Of a stretch of DNA of 64,000 nucleotides, positions 38,684 to 51,083 are shown in pieces. Both the position numbers and the translations under genes were made by a program. The stretch spans positions 284,060-348,059 of the forward strand of contig NW_027192201.1 of NCBI RefSeq assembly GCF_041956535.1, read 5' to 3'. The DNA is from Calcarisporiella thermophila CBS 279.70. Taxonomy: Eukaryota > Fungi > Calcarisporiellomycota. The notes beneath the pieces are model-generated. The model was not told the origin of the DNA. It ran no database searches and worked only from the letters and a program-made list of their open reading frames with translations. Numbering within the stretch: the first letter of the stretch is position 1; every line of letters begins with the position of its first letter.

Positions 38684-39388
38684 CGTATTAGATCCTATCC
38701 AAAGCAGGCAAAAGAGAGAAGCGTGAGCACACGAATGGATCCATGATGCAACCAATGCGGCCTCACCCTAGGGTAAGCGTAGGAGGAACACCTAGGATAT
38801 TGTATTAAGATGTAGTAAATGGAATAGAGCTATGGAGCTTAATGGGGGGTAAAGAGGGGTTCGAGCATGAAAGACTAGGACTCTGATGAGGCGGGGAGGG
38901 ACAGAAGGAAAGGGCGCCCTTGATGAGGATGAGTACGAGAAAATAAATACAGGCAAGGGGAGGAGAGAACCACAAAGTAAGGCTAAGGACGCGTGCCTAC
39001 CGTCCACCCGTTTTTCCGTCTGCCGGCTCTTCCCCCCTTTTTCCTCAACAGTTTCAATTCATTATTCCAAAAAGACTAATATAGAATTGAGTTGTCACTC
39101 AATTTAATTGATATGCATGAAGGTGTCCCTCGACTCACACTGGCTGGGTCGTCGGTCAATTTGCCAACTTGTTTTCCAACCACCTCTCCTCTCATTACCG
39201 ATCGTGTTTGGTTGCCTTTTATGGGCATATGGCATGAGTGTTAAAAATAATTTTAATTTAACAAAAATAAAAAGACAATTTAGCAACAATCATAAAACAT
39301 TTACACGTATTGCGTTTTTTTTTCTCGTCTGAATGGAAGGATGTGAGGCCTTCACCCAGCATCCACCTCTAACAGCACTCATGGCTGC

Positions 39389-40772
39389 TTACATCAGTGC
39401 CAGGTGGGAAGCCGCCACTAATAATCCCCCCCCCTCCTCCTCCCTCTCCTCATTTCGAGCGTTCAGCTGGTTGACCACAAAGAGAAACATTTCCTTGGGA
39501 TATTCGCTACCCCGTATCCGAATGGAGTAACAGGCTAGAGAGAAGGCGGAGGAGCATGTCAGTCTCAGGCATAACGCTAAGAGTCGTTCCTTGTAAAGCA
39601 TAACCCCCTGCACTAATATTCACTCACCATCTTCAACCTTGTTCAAGCTGGCTTTCATCGCATCCAGCTTTTTCCCCAAACCGGATCGTGCAGTCACGGT
39701 AATAAGATCGTATTCTAAACAACGCCCAAATGCCATTAACACCTGGCAGCTCTCTAACAGGCTGCTAATATAATGTTCCGCATCTACTTACCGCCCTTCA
39801 TTTCTCGGAGGAAATGCCGGATCTTCAAGGTTGTGTCGTGATCTCCCTTCCCCACACAATTGATGGCATACCGCATAAGCTCCCCAGACAGATCCGCTAC
39901 TCCGAGGACTAGTGAAAGAAAAGTGAGATGATATTAGCAGGGCATGGGATAAAATGCATGGCAGGGGATGCACCATAATCTTCGTCAGTGATGGCTAGTA
40001 GCTAAAAATAAGAAAAAAATCACGTCAGTAAATACTAATTATCCACAAGGGCAATCAAGCCAAAGCTCAGCACCTGCTGTCCTTCAGAATTCACCAATGT
40101 TTTCTCGACTTCTTCTTTAGATATAAGCCTATCATTTTTTAGATACTCCCAAAAAGCGAGAGCCTCGATCTAGAAATATGAGCAGAGCCATATTTAATGA
40201 TGATGAATAAATAAGGCAGACACAAAAGGAGAGCATAGGAGATGATCCCACTTACATATTCCTGAATGGCAGGCGAAATAGACCGCAAATATCTAGAATG
40301 AGGATTATAATGCTGGGATTACATTGCGGTGAGGAAAAAAAAAACCAATTCCATCTACCTGTAGTAGTTTCCTCCACCTAACTCGACCGACACCTCCTCA
40401 AACTTTTTAATGATTTCTTTTTTTCGCTCCTCTGCTTCCTTGAACACAGCATGCATTGGGCGCTGCGTAATCCGATGCAAAGAAAATATCATTTTCTTGC
40501 TTAATGCCGTGATGTCCCTATTAAGACACGCCCCCATGTTAGTAGCCTAGCCGAGCCCAGAATACAACGTTTGGGATCTTATTACAACCTTGAGCATTTT
40601 ATAATACGCTCCCTTCGATCGTACTGAGATATAGACGTGAATAAACAACCAAAGTGTCAAGATCTACTCATTTAATGCTTACATGCTCATCGAGCGAATT
40701 CCGTAGCTGAACAAAAAAGGAATTAAGGTTCTGGTCGGAACCGGCAACCAATGTGGGATTAACTTCGGCCAT
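39389..40772 (-). CDS. TSNAX: Translin-associated factor X (TRAX, C3PO nuclease subunit), about 8 exons
   Basis: LDEH|YDRRERIIKCSR|DITALSKKMIFSLHR, SPAIQEY|IEALAF, DY|VLGVADLSGELMRYAIN, SLNKVED|ACYSIRIRGSE; the catalytic acidic residues are intact. Confidence 0.93.
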
Positions 40773-40933
40773 AGCAATGCGTATCAACACCAACCGCCAA
40801 AGCAGAGAAATCAAGCCAAGTACTTCTAGAGAGGTTGCCCACTGTTATTGTGACTGCCTTTGCTTCGCGAAATTTAATTTTACAATGCGCTCAAAAAGCG
40901 CATAGCCTACTTGAAGTCACAATAGGAACACGA

Positions 40934-42100
40934 ATGGAGAAATCTAAATCGCCCACCGTCTCATTCATCCTGTATATCCCTATCATAGTATGCCTGATCT
41001 CTATAGCAATAATATTGTGGGTGAGGTGGCGAAATCGGTTGCGTAATCAAGCCGAAGAGTATAACGATGGTAACTGGGCCGCTCTGCATTAGTGCGAATT
41101 CCAGTCCAATTAATTCAAGTTTATCTGATAGATGAGGATGTAGCAGCGATAACCACAGCTCGAGAGGACCTCTCTACCGGCGTCCATAGGCGCCATACTG
41201 CCACAGATGCCAATGAGGAGGAACTGGGGGAAATCGAAGAGAATGAGCACGAAGATAACAACGCTGGGGAGGGCTCTTCTTCTACTACTCGGGTCCGAAA
41301 ACTTGGGAAGAAGAGGGCGGCGAAAATGCAGCGAAAGGAGGAACAGCGGCGGTATCATGAATATTTGATGCTACAGCGGGAACAGCGTCGTGCACAGGAC
41401 GAGGTGGTGGAGGAAGAGTTTCGACGACGAAAAGAGGAGGAGGCTGAACGTCTTGCGAAAGAGGTAGCCAAGTCTGCTCTCCTACTTGATTTCATTTTAT
41501 AGTTGCAGAGCTCATCTCGATATGGCGATTTGCATTCTAGCTGGAGAAAAAGCGGGCTCAGCAAGAGAAATTGGCCAAACAGCAAGAGGCCATGCAGCAG
41601 AAGTTGAAGGCGGCAAAGGAAAAAGAAGAGCTCAAGCTGCAAAAGCAAATGGAGAAAGCACTCCCTGGCCTTTTGAAGTTAATCAAGGTTGACACCTTTC
41701 CTATTCTTTGCCCTATGCATCCTATTAATACGCCTAGATTTCTCGCCACAGTCCTATAAAAGAGCATCGCTGAGTGATCTGGCCGATTCACTGCGAATCT
41801 CTAGGCAGGTAAACACCTCATCACCCTAGCTGCCTCGACCTACTTTGCCGTTAACCTACTTTTCCGTGGCCCCACACGCCACACCACCCCCCGTTCTAAT
41901 AGAATGTGCTGGCGTATATTGACGTGTTGGAATCAAGAAAATTACTGACGGGCATCCTGGACGAGGAGCAAGACACCTATGTTCACATGACCCCTGAAGA
42001 ATTCCAAGCGTTCGCCGATTTTGTCAGCACACGAGGACGAGTGACCCTCACCGAACTTTCCAAAGAAAGTGGGACTATTCTGGGCATAGAAGACTTGTAG
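40934..42100 (+). CDS. DDRGK1: DDRGK1/UFBP1-like ER-anchored protein (TM, coiled coil, winged helix), 5 exons
   Basis: N-terminal TM (FILYIPIIVCLISIAIILWV), KLGKKRAAKMQRKEEQRR, charged helix, C-terminus LTGILDEEQDTYVHMTPEEFQAFADFVSTRGRVTLTELSKES aligning with the remembered DDRGK1 C-terminus GVIDDRGKFIYITPEEL..VANFIRQRGRVSIAEL. Confidence 0.8.
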
Positions 42101-42373
42101 CTTTTTAAAAATTGTATATTTTAGATGCCAATATGGATGGTTTTGTATTAAAAAAAAAGCCAAGGGATAAAGAGACATTGAGTGGGAAAGTGAAGGGTGA
42201 ATGGATGAGTGGGGGATGGGTATGTACGATGTTATTGGAACCAAAGGGTGATTAAGAAAACTCAAATGCCAAACCATATTTTCAGGGGAGGGGAAGAAGG
42301 AGAGAGGGTTGGTGGGGGGGGGGGGAGAGAGAGAGAGAGAGAGAAGTACAACTACTATCAACACGTTACGGTT

Positions 42374-42770
42374 NNNNNNNNNNNNNNNNNNNNNNNNNNN
42401 NNNNNNNNNNNNNNNNNNNNNNNNNNNNNNNNNNNNNNNNNNNNNNNNNNNNNNNNNNNNNNNNNNNNNNNNNNNNNNNNNNNNNNNNNNNNNNNNNNNN
42501 NNNNNNNNNNNNNNNNNNNNNNNNNNNNNNNNNNNNNNNNNNNNNNNNNNNNNNNNNNNNNNNNNNNNNNNNNNNNNNNNNNNNNNNNNNNNNNNNNNNN
42601 NNNNNNNNNNNNNNNNNNNNNNNNNNNNNNNNNNNNNNNNNNNNNNNNNNNNNNNNNNNNNNNNNNNNNNNNNNNNNNNNNNNNNNNNNNNNNNNNNNNN
42701 NNNNNNNNNNNNNNNNNNNNNNNNNNNNNNNNNNNNNNNNNNNNNNNNNNNNNNNNNNNNNNNNNNNNNN
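42374..42770. other. Assembly gap (N run)
   Basis: N characters. Confidence 1.
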
Positions 42771-42871
42771 GAGAGGGTGGTGGGGGGGGGAGGGAGGAGA
42801 GAGAGAGAGAGAAAGTCAACACTTATCAACACTTCGGTTAAATGGTATATCACAATAAAGCTATCTAACAT

Positions 42872-44369
42872 TTACACTCTACATAATTCCTCCAATGCAT
42901 CCAGCCGCCTCCACACCTCCTCCAAGGTGGCCCCTTGGCCCGAAAGGATGGGGCGCCTCTCGGGCCGCAGCAGCCCAAGCATAACGGAGGATTGGCGAAT
43001 TTGTTCGCGAAGCATCTCTCGCAACGCGCGGATCTCCTGCATGAAGTCATAGAGGGCCGAGAAGGGAGCCAGAAAGGCGGCCTTGAATTCGTCTTCGTTG
43101 TCGGTGGGGGAAAGCAACGGTCGAAACTGGCTGCCGCGCGGAGGCAGGGAGCGCGACTGGTGCGAGGCCGCCGCTGCACTTGCCCAGGAGAGTTCGTCGG
43201 GAAGCGCTGCTCCACGACGGCCATGGGAAACGCTGCTTGCCGGCGGCTGCGGAGGGTAAAAGGAGGCCGTGAGCAGGGGTCGGTCCACGCCTACTAGGGG
43301 GGCGGAGCGCAACGCGGCATCACAGGGTGGGGAGGTGGAGGAGGCCGGGTTGGGAGGGGCATAAATACTCAACTTACGGACATTTCTGTACCCCGGGGCC
43401 GGCTTAAAGGATCGGTGTCGAGGCCATCGAGCACTGGCCCCGAGATGCGAGTGCTCCAAGTGCTGGCGCGACTCGATGAGCGCCTGCTGCTGTTCCCGCA
43501 GGCGCTGGGCATCACGGACTTTATCCAGAAGGTCAGGGTATTTTGCCACCAGGGATGCTGGATCCTGGAGCCGTGCACGTTTGCGGCTTCCCTCTCTGGC
43601 GTCTTCGGCTCCGTACTCCACGGTGGGAGCCTTGGTTTTAGCGGCCCGACCGGAGGGAGGGGGGGTCGAGACGATGGCGGAGGCTTCGACGGGCGGGCAG
43701 TTTTCATATTGTTCCCGCTTAACGCTGGAAAACCTAAAGGAGGAGTGAGAGGAGCGTTGTTATGTTGCCATGAGACCCAATTCAGTTCAATGGACAATGA
43801 ATAAAGTACACGTACTCGTTCCCCTGCGTGGAGTGGACGTTGCTTTCTGAGGGTGAGGCCAGGATTTGCTTGATTGCCATGGGGGCCAGTGGTTCTCTTG
43901 CCCTCTTGGCGCCAACCGACTCGAGCCTCGCCTCTCTCGGAGTTGTGCAGGATTCAGCATCGGTCGGGCTTCGCCCGATTCCCAAAATATCCTCGCTGGA
44001 GCTCTCGATAATGGGGATGCGCCTGAGGTTGGGGATGGCTGCCAGCAGCGAATCGCCTTCGCCCTCCAGATAGTCCTCTCGCGACATATCGCACAGGGCC
44101 TTCAGGATTGGATCGGTTGTTCCAGCAAACGATCTCGCCCGGATGTATCGATCGCCACGTCGATTGGTAAACACTGCGTGCTCGATGGGAATGGCCGACT
44201 GAGGGAAAAGGGCCTCCAAGTCCTTGACCCGGAATAATGGTGAGTTTGTTGATGCGTGGGATGCATTCTCTGCAGGGGGGGTCTGAGGGGAAAGGGTGAA
44301 GTAGACGCAGAAGGTGTGCGGGACCCCGTTGGAAGAGAAGGTCCCCAGCTGAATGCGAGTTGTGGGCAT
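42872..44369 (-). CDS. Hypothetical protein, 2 exons, C-terminal amphipathic/coiled-coil segment
   Basis: ORFs 43782-44381 and 42872-43621 join in frame through a GTACGT..TTTAG intron (about 43735-43814); FKAAFLAPFSALYDFMQEIRALREMLREQIRQSS helix. Confidence 0.65.
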
Positions 44370-46149
44370 GGCGAATTCCACTCGGTTCCGAAGGGGGAAA
44401 AGATGCGCTAGTCAAGATGCATGATTGAGGAGCCGAGCTTATTGCGCCGTTGCGTTTATAAGAGGCGCGGGAAGGGAGGGTCTATCCTCATTTTTTTAAA
44501 TGCTGACCCGGTATTTTCTCCCCTTTTCCCTTTCCTCTATTCACGGCTGGTTCCACACAACCTAAACGAAACTGAGCTACGAAGTGGGATTTGGCAGGAC
44601 GAACGATTGGAGCCGAACCGGGTTCGATCCACTCGCAATCCCAAGAATTCTAAGGGGGCAGGGACAAAACCCATTTTCTAGCCCCCTTCCACCGGTGATG
44701 TTTTATCAGATGGCCGCCGGCTCCAGCCGCCCTCGCAAATGGAATCCCCCCTGCTCCAAACGGGAGTGACATCTGCGATCCATTATTCGGAAACCATTTT
44801 GCCCAAGACGAGGCCCCGGCAAGCCGTTTCGAGCAGACCTGGAAATGCGCCTCCGATGGGCTGCTGCAGAGGGCATGACTTGAACCAGTGACCTTGGCTG
44901 AGACCACCGTGCATGGATCCAATGAGATCATCCTGAAAGTAATGGACAACCGCTTCCACAAATCTCATTAATAATTTTTTTTCGTAGGCCAGCTGGGGGG
45001 TGCTCAAGCGAGGGGCGCGGCTCCTCCTCCCACTTTGAAATTCCCCCGGCCCACACACAATCGAACTCAGCGGCTTGCGCGGGCGGGAAAAGAGAGCTTG
45101 TCATAGGGAGATGTTCCATCTTGGTTTTGCTTAGAGCTATCTCCACGTGCGAGGGGTGGACGCACACCTATATAGAGGGGCAGGTTCTATTAGATCAGAC
45201 GGATTCGTTTCGTCGGGGGAGATCAAGGTGGCCAGGCGGCGGAAATGACGTTAGAAGGCACTGGCGTCGAGAGGGATTGGCAAGGATTCTTCATCTTGGG
45301 GAAGATAGCTTGTTTCTTTTGAGGCGGCGTGCCTCCGGCCATGTTCGGCCCCCCCTTCTAAAAGGGTTAACCTACGCGGACGCATGTGTAGACGTGTCTA
45401 TCCGGATTCCTCCTCACACGTGCTCGATTTGCTCTGCTGTACACTCTATTCGGGCATGGATGGGGCTTGTCGTTTCGGGCTCTAGGCGTAAGTCCCTAAA
45501 TGAACGTTTTTGGCCAATCTTCCGACCGAACCTTGCATCAAACACGAATGGGCGAGGAGGGCCATTGAGCAAGCGAGGGTGCTACCGTGCGCTGGAAGAG
45601 AAATTTGTTTCCTTAACAAACTTTTCATAGAAGCCGGTGCCAAACCTGATCCCGTGGTGATAATCGCGGCAATGACACTGGGCCGCGAAAAACGGTTCGG
45701 GCAGAGGCCTCCAAGCCGGCGACACAGGGAGAAACAATTCGGAAAATTAACATTTTCTGACACCACGCGATTCTAAAAGTGGCAAAAGCCTCGAGTCGCC
45801 CTGGAGATTGGCCGAAAATTATATTGTTGTTTCGCACAGCTCAATTTTATGAGTCTGGTCGGCCACGTGGAATCCCTTACTTTTCGACCTGAGTTTTTTT
45901 TTTCCTTCTGTCAGTTCTTTTTTTTTTCTCTCTCTCTCCTAATTTTCCAGCCTTTTTTTTTTCCTTTACTTTTCTTCTAATATTCTCCTTCTTTGCCTTA
46001 TTCTTCTTCTATCTCCTCTACCTTTTCGCCTCCTTCTGCTACTACTATCACCACCACACTATTGCTGTTTCACTTGCCTCTATCCATTCAGCGCCTATCC
46101 ATCGCAATTCCCTTACTTCCCCTCTCCTCTCCTTCCCCCCCACTTCGTC

Positions 46150-47685
46150 ATGTCGATTTCTTCCTCTTTTCCACATCGCTCAGCGGGCGTCGCCTCATAC
46201 CAGCCCATCTCGACCATGATGCACACCGCCTCGGCCTCGGCCACCAACTTCCAGCCAACTTCGCAAACGGGAGACACCTCGCTCAACTCGCATCCGGCCA
46301 CGGGCGTTCCCCCCGCTTACCCCTCTTATGTAGGCGTACCGCCCCAGCCGCCGAATCTCATGGACGCCCGGCCCGGCGGCCGCGTCCTTCCCTCCTCTGT
46401 CCCCGAAATAATACCAGCGCCCATGGGCTACGATCCATCCCGATCGCAACCGCAGCATCCTCCGCCGTTCCAGCCCCCTATGCAGAGCTTCTCCTTCGTC
46501 CAGGTGCTGGATGAGCCGCTTGGGATGACGGGCAAACCAAAGAGACACCAGGTCAAAAACGCATGCGGTAAATGGGCTCTTGTGGCCGACATGCTCTTCC
46601 CGTTGAGGTTTTCTTGAAGCCTAATACATCCCTACCTGCTCTCTCTTATAGTGAATTGCCGCAAATCGTGCAAAAAATGCGACGACGGCCGGCCCTGCCA
46701 GAGATGTATCAAACACGACCTCACGGACACATGCTTTGACTCTCCTCGAAAGCCCAGGAAGAAGGTACGACGTCCCCCCCCCCCCTCTCCCCCACGTGTC
46801 TATCGCTTACTAGCGAAACCATGCCCCTAACCCTTTTTTCTTTGGTCGCACCCTGGTAGGGGATCAAGAGAGGCCCGTACAAGCGAAGGAAGCAATTCCA
46901 GATGGAGGAGAACTCTCGTAATTATATGAAATGGGTTTATTTTGTTGATGCCTCTAATTCCTCTCCCTCTTTCCCCGTCCATAGAGGAGAAAACCCCCAG
47001 CCGTCTGACTCCCTCCGCCTACCAAGTCTCCTCCGCCCATCCAGTTCCCTTTAGTCAGTCTTGGGGTTCCACGGTGGCTGCGCCTTTTACTGGCTCGTAC
47101 AACCATAATCTCGCTGCGACGGTCTCAGACACCAGAGGGATGATGACGCAGGAGGTCCATCCATCCCTCAGTGGTCATCCGCCTTTCTACGCGAACCCAC
47201 CCCCATCAGGATCTTACATGCCTCAACCTTGGAATCCCTCCGGCCTCCAGCCTAAGCCTGTAAATATTGATAATGGAAATAGCAACCCAGAAATTGCGGA
47301 CACTAAACTCAATATGCTCTCAAGACTTTGTAATGCTAATTTGAATAGCGGCGGCCCCTTTCCCCCTCCAGATCCCCCTGCATACCGAACTCCGCCAGCC
47401 CCCGCCCCCCAGATGCAGTATGAGCCTACATACTCAACCCATGCCTCCCATCCCCCTCAGTATCTTTACTCTTCTCTCTCGTCTACTGCGCCCTACCGTG
47501 CTTCCCATTCCCGCCAACAGCAACCCGTTGCCGCCGTCCAATCCGGTCCAGATACCAGTGGCTCTGTCCATCTAGCTGGAATGAGTCCCTCCTCTCCATT
47601 GCCCGAATCCGCTGCAGCAATATCATCGAGACCCCCCGGCTACTCGCCATGCATGTCTCCCGCTGCTTCAGCGCCGTATTCCTAA
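46150..47685 (+). CDS. Zn(II)2Cys6 transcription factor (Ert1/AcuK/Rds2-like DNA-binding domain), 4 exons
   Basis: KRHQVKNAC|VNCRKSCKKCDDGRPCQRCIKHDLTDTCFDSPRKPRKK|GIKRGPYKRRK. Confidence 0.92.
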
Positions 47686-48581
47686 CATTTTTCTCGGCCA
47701 TGGCCGCCTTCAGCCAAAAGGGAGAGAGGGGACGAGTCCTATTCCATCTCGGGACTAGAGCCTACCATGGCCGAAAGAAAAGACCCCTTGGCGGCCCTAG
47801 GAGTACCTCAGAACCACATCATTCCTAATGGGTTGTCCCCCAACCGATGACCAGGCCGAGTTGGCAAGCGAGGAGGGATTGGCGAGGAAGAGTCCGTTGT
47901 GGAGTGGGTGGCATCTATTCAGTGACAAGTAGATGCTGTGCTAATACGCCAACATTGTATTTATTATTCATCTCCTTCTACCCTTGTGTATTAAAAGGAA
48001 GAAAAAAAAATACATCTAACGCATGCCACTGTTCCCCTCCAATACCTTTCCTAAATGTGTTGATATTTGTACATAGGTTCTTCTTTCTTCATTTACTTGT
48101 ACACATCCGCCTTAGACTAATAAAAAGTCGCTATATCCAGACGACTGGGTCGCCCGTCCTAGCAGGCATCGAATGCTTTGGTAGAAGAAAAAAAAGAGCG
48201 AAAAAGGCCGCAAGCAAGCATATATCCGAGCCCTTCCATATTCATCGCTAAATCAATCCATTTCAGGCCAATGGCAATGCATGCCTTTTTGAATGGAAGC
48301 TTGGTTCTGTCCTTTAAACAAAATGATTTATCGATACCAACTATTACAAAGCAGAAGAGAGAGAGCCGCGTCTTTGGAAATAAAAGTGCGGGAGGAAGGG
48401 GGGGAAGGGGAGGAGAGTGGAGACGGGAGGAGGGAAAGAGAGCGGGAAATAAAAAAAAGAAACTAGGAAATAGACAAAAAGAGCGGGTATTTCTCTATAA
48501 TTTTACAATAACCTAATATCCCAATAAATAGATAAATAGCTAGAGATGTATATGATTAGAAGAGGTATGTGATTAGGGAAT

Positions 48582-51083
48582 TTAATTGTGTTTCGCGGAT
48601 TCAGTATTAGGGGGAAGCGCGGCTCCCGACCCCGTTGTGGTCTGCGGAGGGGGCGACTCTGGAGGGGAGGCAAGCGCTTCGAAGAAGGTGTTCTCCTCAT
48701 CGTCATCGTCATGATCCACATCGCTGTCCTCAGCTCCGTCGGGCAACACAATCTTCGGGATGGGGGGGAGCTCCAGGGACAAAATAGGAGGTGCCGTGTC
48801 CAAGATTCCCGACTCACGGTCCACGTGTTCAGGAAGTTGGGCAGCCTGCATCTCCTCGACCTCGGTAGGAGCCGGGCCCATCGGGGAAGAGGGGCGCACA
48901 AAAGCCGCCTCATGCACGCTGTTCTCTTCGGCCGGGGGAGCCGTCTTTACCTCCGCCTCAGCGACAGGATGGCCCACGGCGTGCACCTCACTCTCTACCC
49001 CATTCGGCTTCTTATCCTGCTGCTCAACGGGTTCCGTTACATGGATAACAAGCGGCTCAGCCGAGAATTCGTGGCTCTGCTCCGAATGCACCACGGGCGT
49101 CGCGTCTCTCGTCCTCTCCTCGGCCAACCCCTCACCGGCCTGCTGAGGCACATTTTCGTCGGCGTACGGCACCGCCCCGCTGTATTCGAAGCTCATGCGC
49201 TCCTCCCGCGGGGAGATCCCGTCCACGATTCCATCGTACACAAAGCTCATGCGCTCCTCGGAGGGATCGCTGGAGGCGATTCCAATGTCGGAGGACGTGG
49301 GGATCGTGGGCACAAAGCTTTGCCGCTTCTCTGAGCGAATCTGGCTCAGGATCGCATCGTTTTCATACGGGAAGCTAAGGCGGTTGGGGTCCTGCTCGGG
49401 ATCTTCCGATATCTCGTAGAGCACATCCTAAAAACACAAAGCATTAAGCATCTTGCGCTACCTCTCAAATAGGCTCAACCGCGTTACCTCGGGGAACAAA
49501 AATGAGGGCACTCGTTGGCCGCTTTCGAGCGGGCTCGTGAGGGTGGCGTGGGACAGCTGTGCAGGGGGGATGTTCTCGACCGTCACTGGGGAGGAGACCA
49601 CGGTCGGCACTTCGGAGATACGGTGGGATGGTTCCTCGACAATGTTCACGGTGAGCGGTCGAACCTCCTTCTCGGTGGGAGAGCCCGTCTCGGTTTCATT
49701 AGGGTGGGTCTCCGCCGCCGCCGCCGCCTCCGCGGCCACCTTCGGGGCGATGAACGAGTCGACGGAGAAGGTGGGGCCGTCCATGGATAGGTGGGAGAGT
49801 TCAATACGTGGGATGGCGACGTCGGCAGGGGCTGAGCCAGGCTGCTGCGGAGGCACTTGGTGATATTCTATGGGCGGGACACGGGGGGCCTCCTCGGGCG
49901 GCATGGGCATGGGGGGGAGCGAGTCTCGGCTCATCATGGAGGTTCGATAGCTCAGCTCCGCGCCACCGTATATGTCCTCGGATAGGGTGCTGATGGGGCG
50001 TGGGTTGGTCGGGGGAGCGGCCTCGAAGGGGTGGCTCTCTGCGAAGCGGGAGTGCATATCCTGGTTGCGAGGCATGTACTGGTGGTAATCGAGAGTGTTT
50101 GGCATGGCCGCAGCAGGGGCGGCGCGAGAATCCAAGTTGCCCATCTCCACCGGCCCAGGCGATCCAAAGGATTTATCCGAGGCGAATGGGAGGGGCGAGT
50201 CGGATCTCAAGCCCGGTGGCAACGCATACGAGTCGGATGGCTTCTCCGGGCCTGCAACGCCCCGGAAGGAGTCCGCGTAGGAGTCCAGGGACATGGACTT
50301 CTTCTTGTTGCAGTCGCAGCCAGTGCGATGGAGGTGGGGCGATAAACAGGCCGCCTCGTAGCCACGGGGCCGGGCGGGGCTCTGAGTGAGGCTGGGAGCA
50401 ACGTTGGCAAAAGCGCCGGTCGAGGGGCCAAACTGGGCCATGGGCTCGCCGGGGGAAGGGAGCTTGCCGACGATCGGGGCCATGTCCGAGTCCCCAAGTT
50501 CGCGGTTGGCCGTCTTCTGGTGACCTCGCCGCTTTCGACGATACAAAAAGAGAGCGGCAGCCACCACTACAACGCCCGCCAAGACTCCCCCCACAATGGC
50601 GCCTACGTTTGGGCCGGGGGCGTTAGCGTTGGTTCCGTCGCTTGCTGCCAACGAATTCGGGGGGTCGATGGATTTGGAGGAAGTGCCTGCGGGGGGCGAG
50701 TTCGATACGGACATGCTTGCCTGAGGCACGATACTGGCGGGCAGGCTAGGGCTGGCCTGCTGGGAAGCTGAGGGACCCGGCGGAGTAGCGGCGGGGGCGG
50801 GGACGGACGTGGCATGGGCGGGCGCTCCCGACGAAGCAGCTGCATTTCCAGGCTGCTGTGGCTGTTCCTGAGGCTTTGGGTTCTTTTTGTCATCCTTTTT
50901 GTCATCTTTCTTATCCTCCTTTTTATCCTGCGCTTTCTTATCGTCCTTCTTCTCGTTCTCTTGTTGAGGTGGCGGCGGTGGGGGGGCGCGTCGTTGAAGG
51001 CGCGGCTTGCTAACCCTTGCCGGCTTACGACGGTGGATGGAGGCAAAGCTGGCTTTCTCACTAGGATCGCTGCTGGGAGACAT
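48582..51083 (-). CDS. Single-pass membrane protein (Mid2/Skg6-like TM signature), Pro/Ser-rich, 2 exons
   Basis: NVGAIVGGVLAGVVVVAAALFLYRRKRR; intron about 49428-49487 joins LFPE|DVLYEISED; the start is uncertain. Confidence 0.7.

Noticed and set aside
41942-43052. ORFs running through Ns (also 61652-62852)
   Set aside because: Artifacts of translating assembly gaps.
44420-46100. Short ORFs between the hypothetical gene and Zn2Cys6 gene
   Set aside because: GC-rich divergent promoter region with no family signal.
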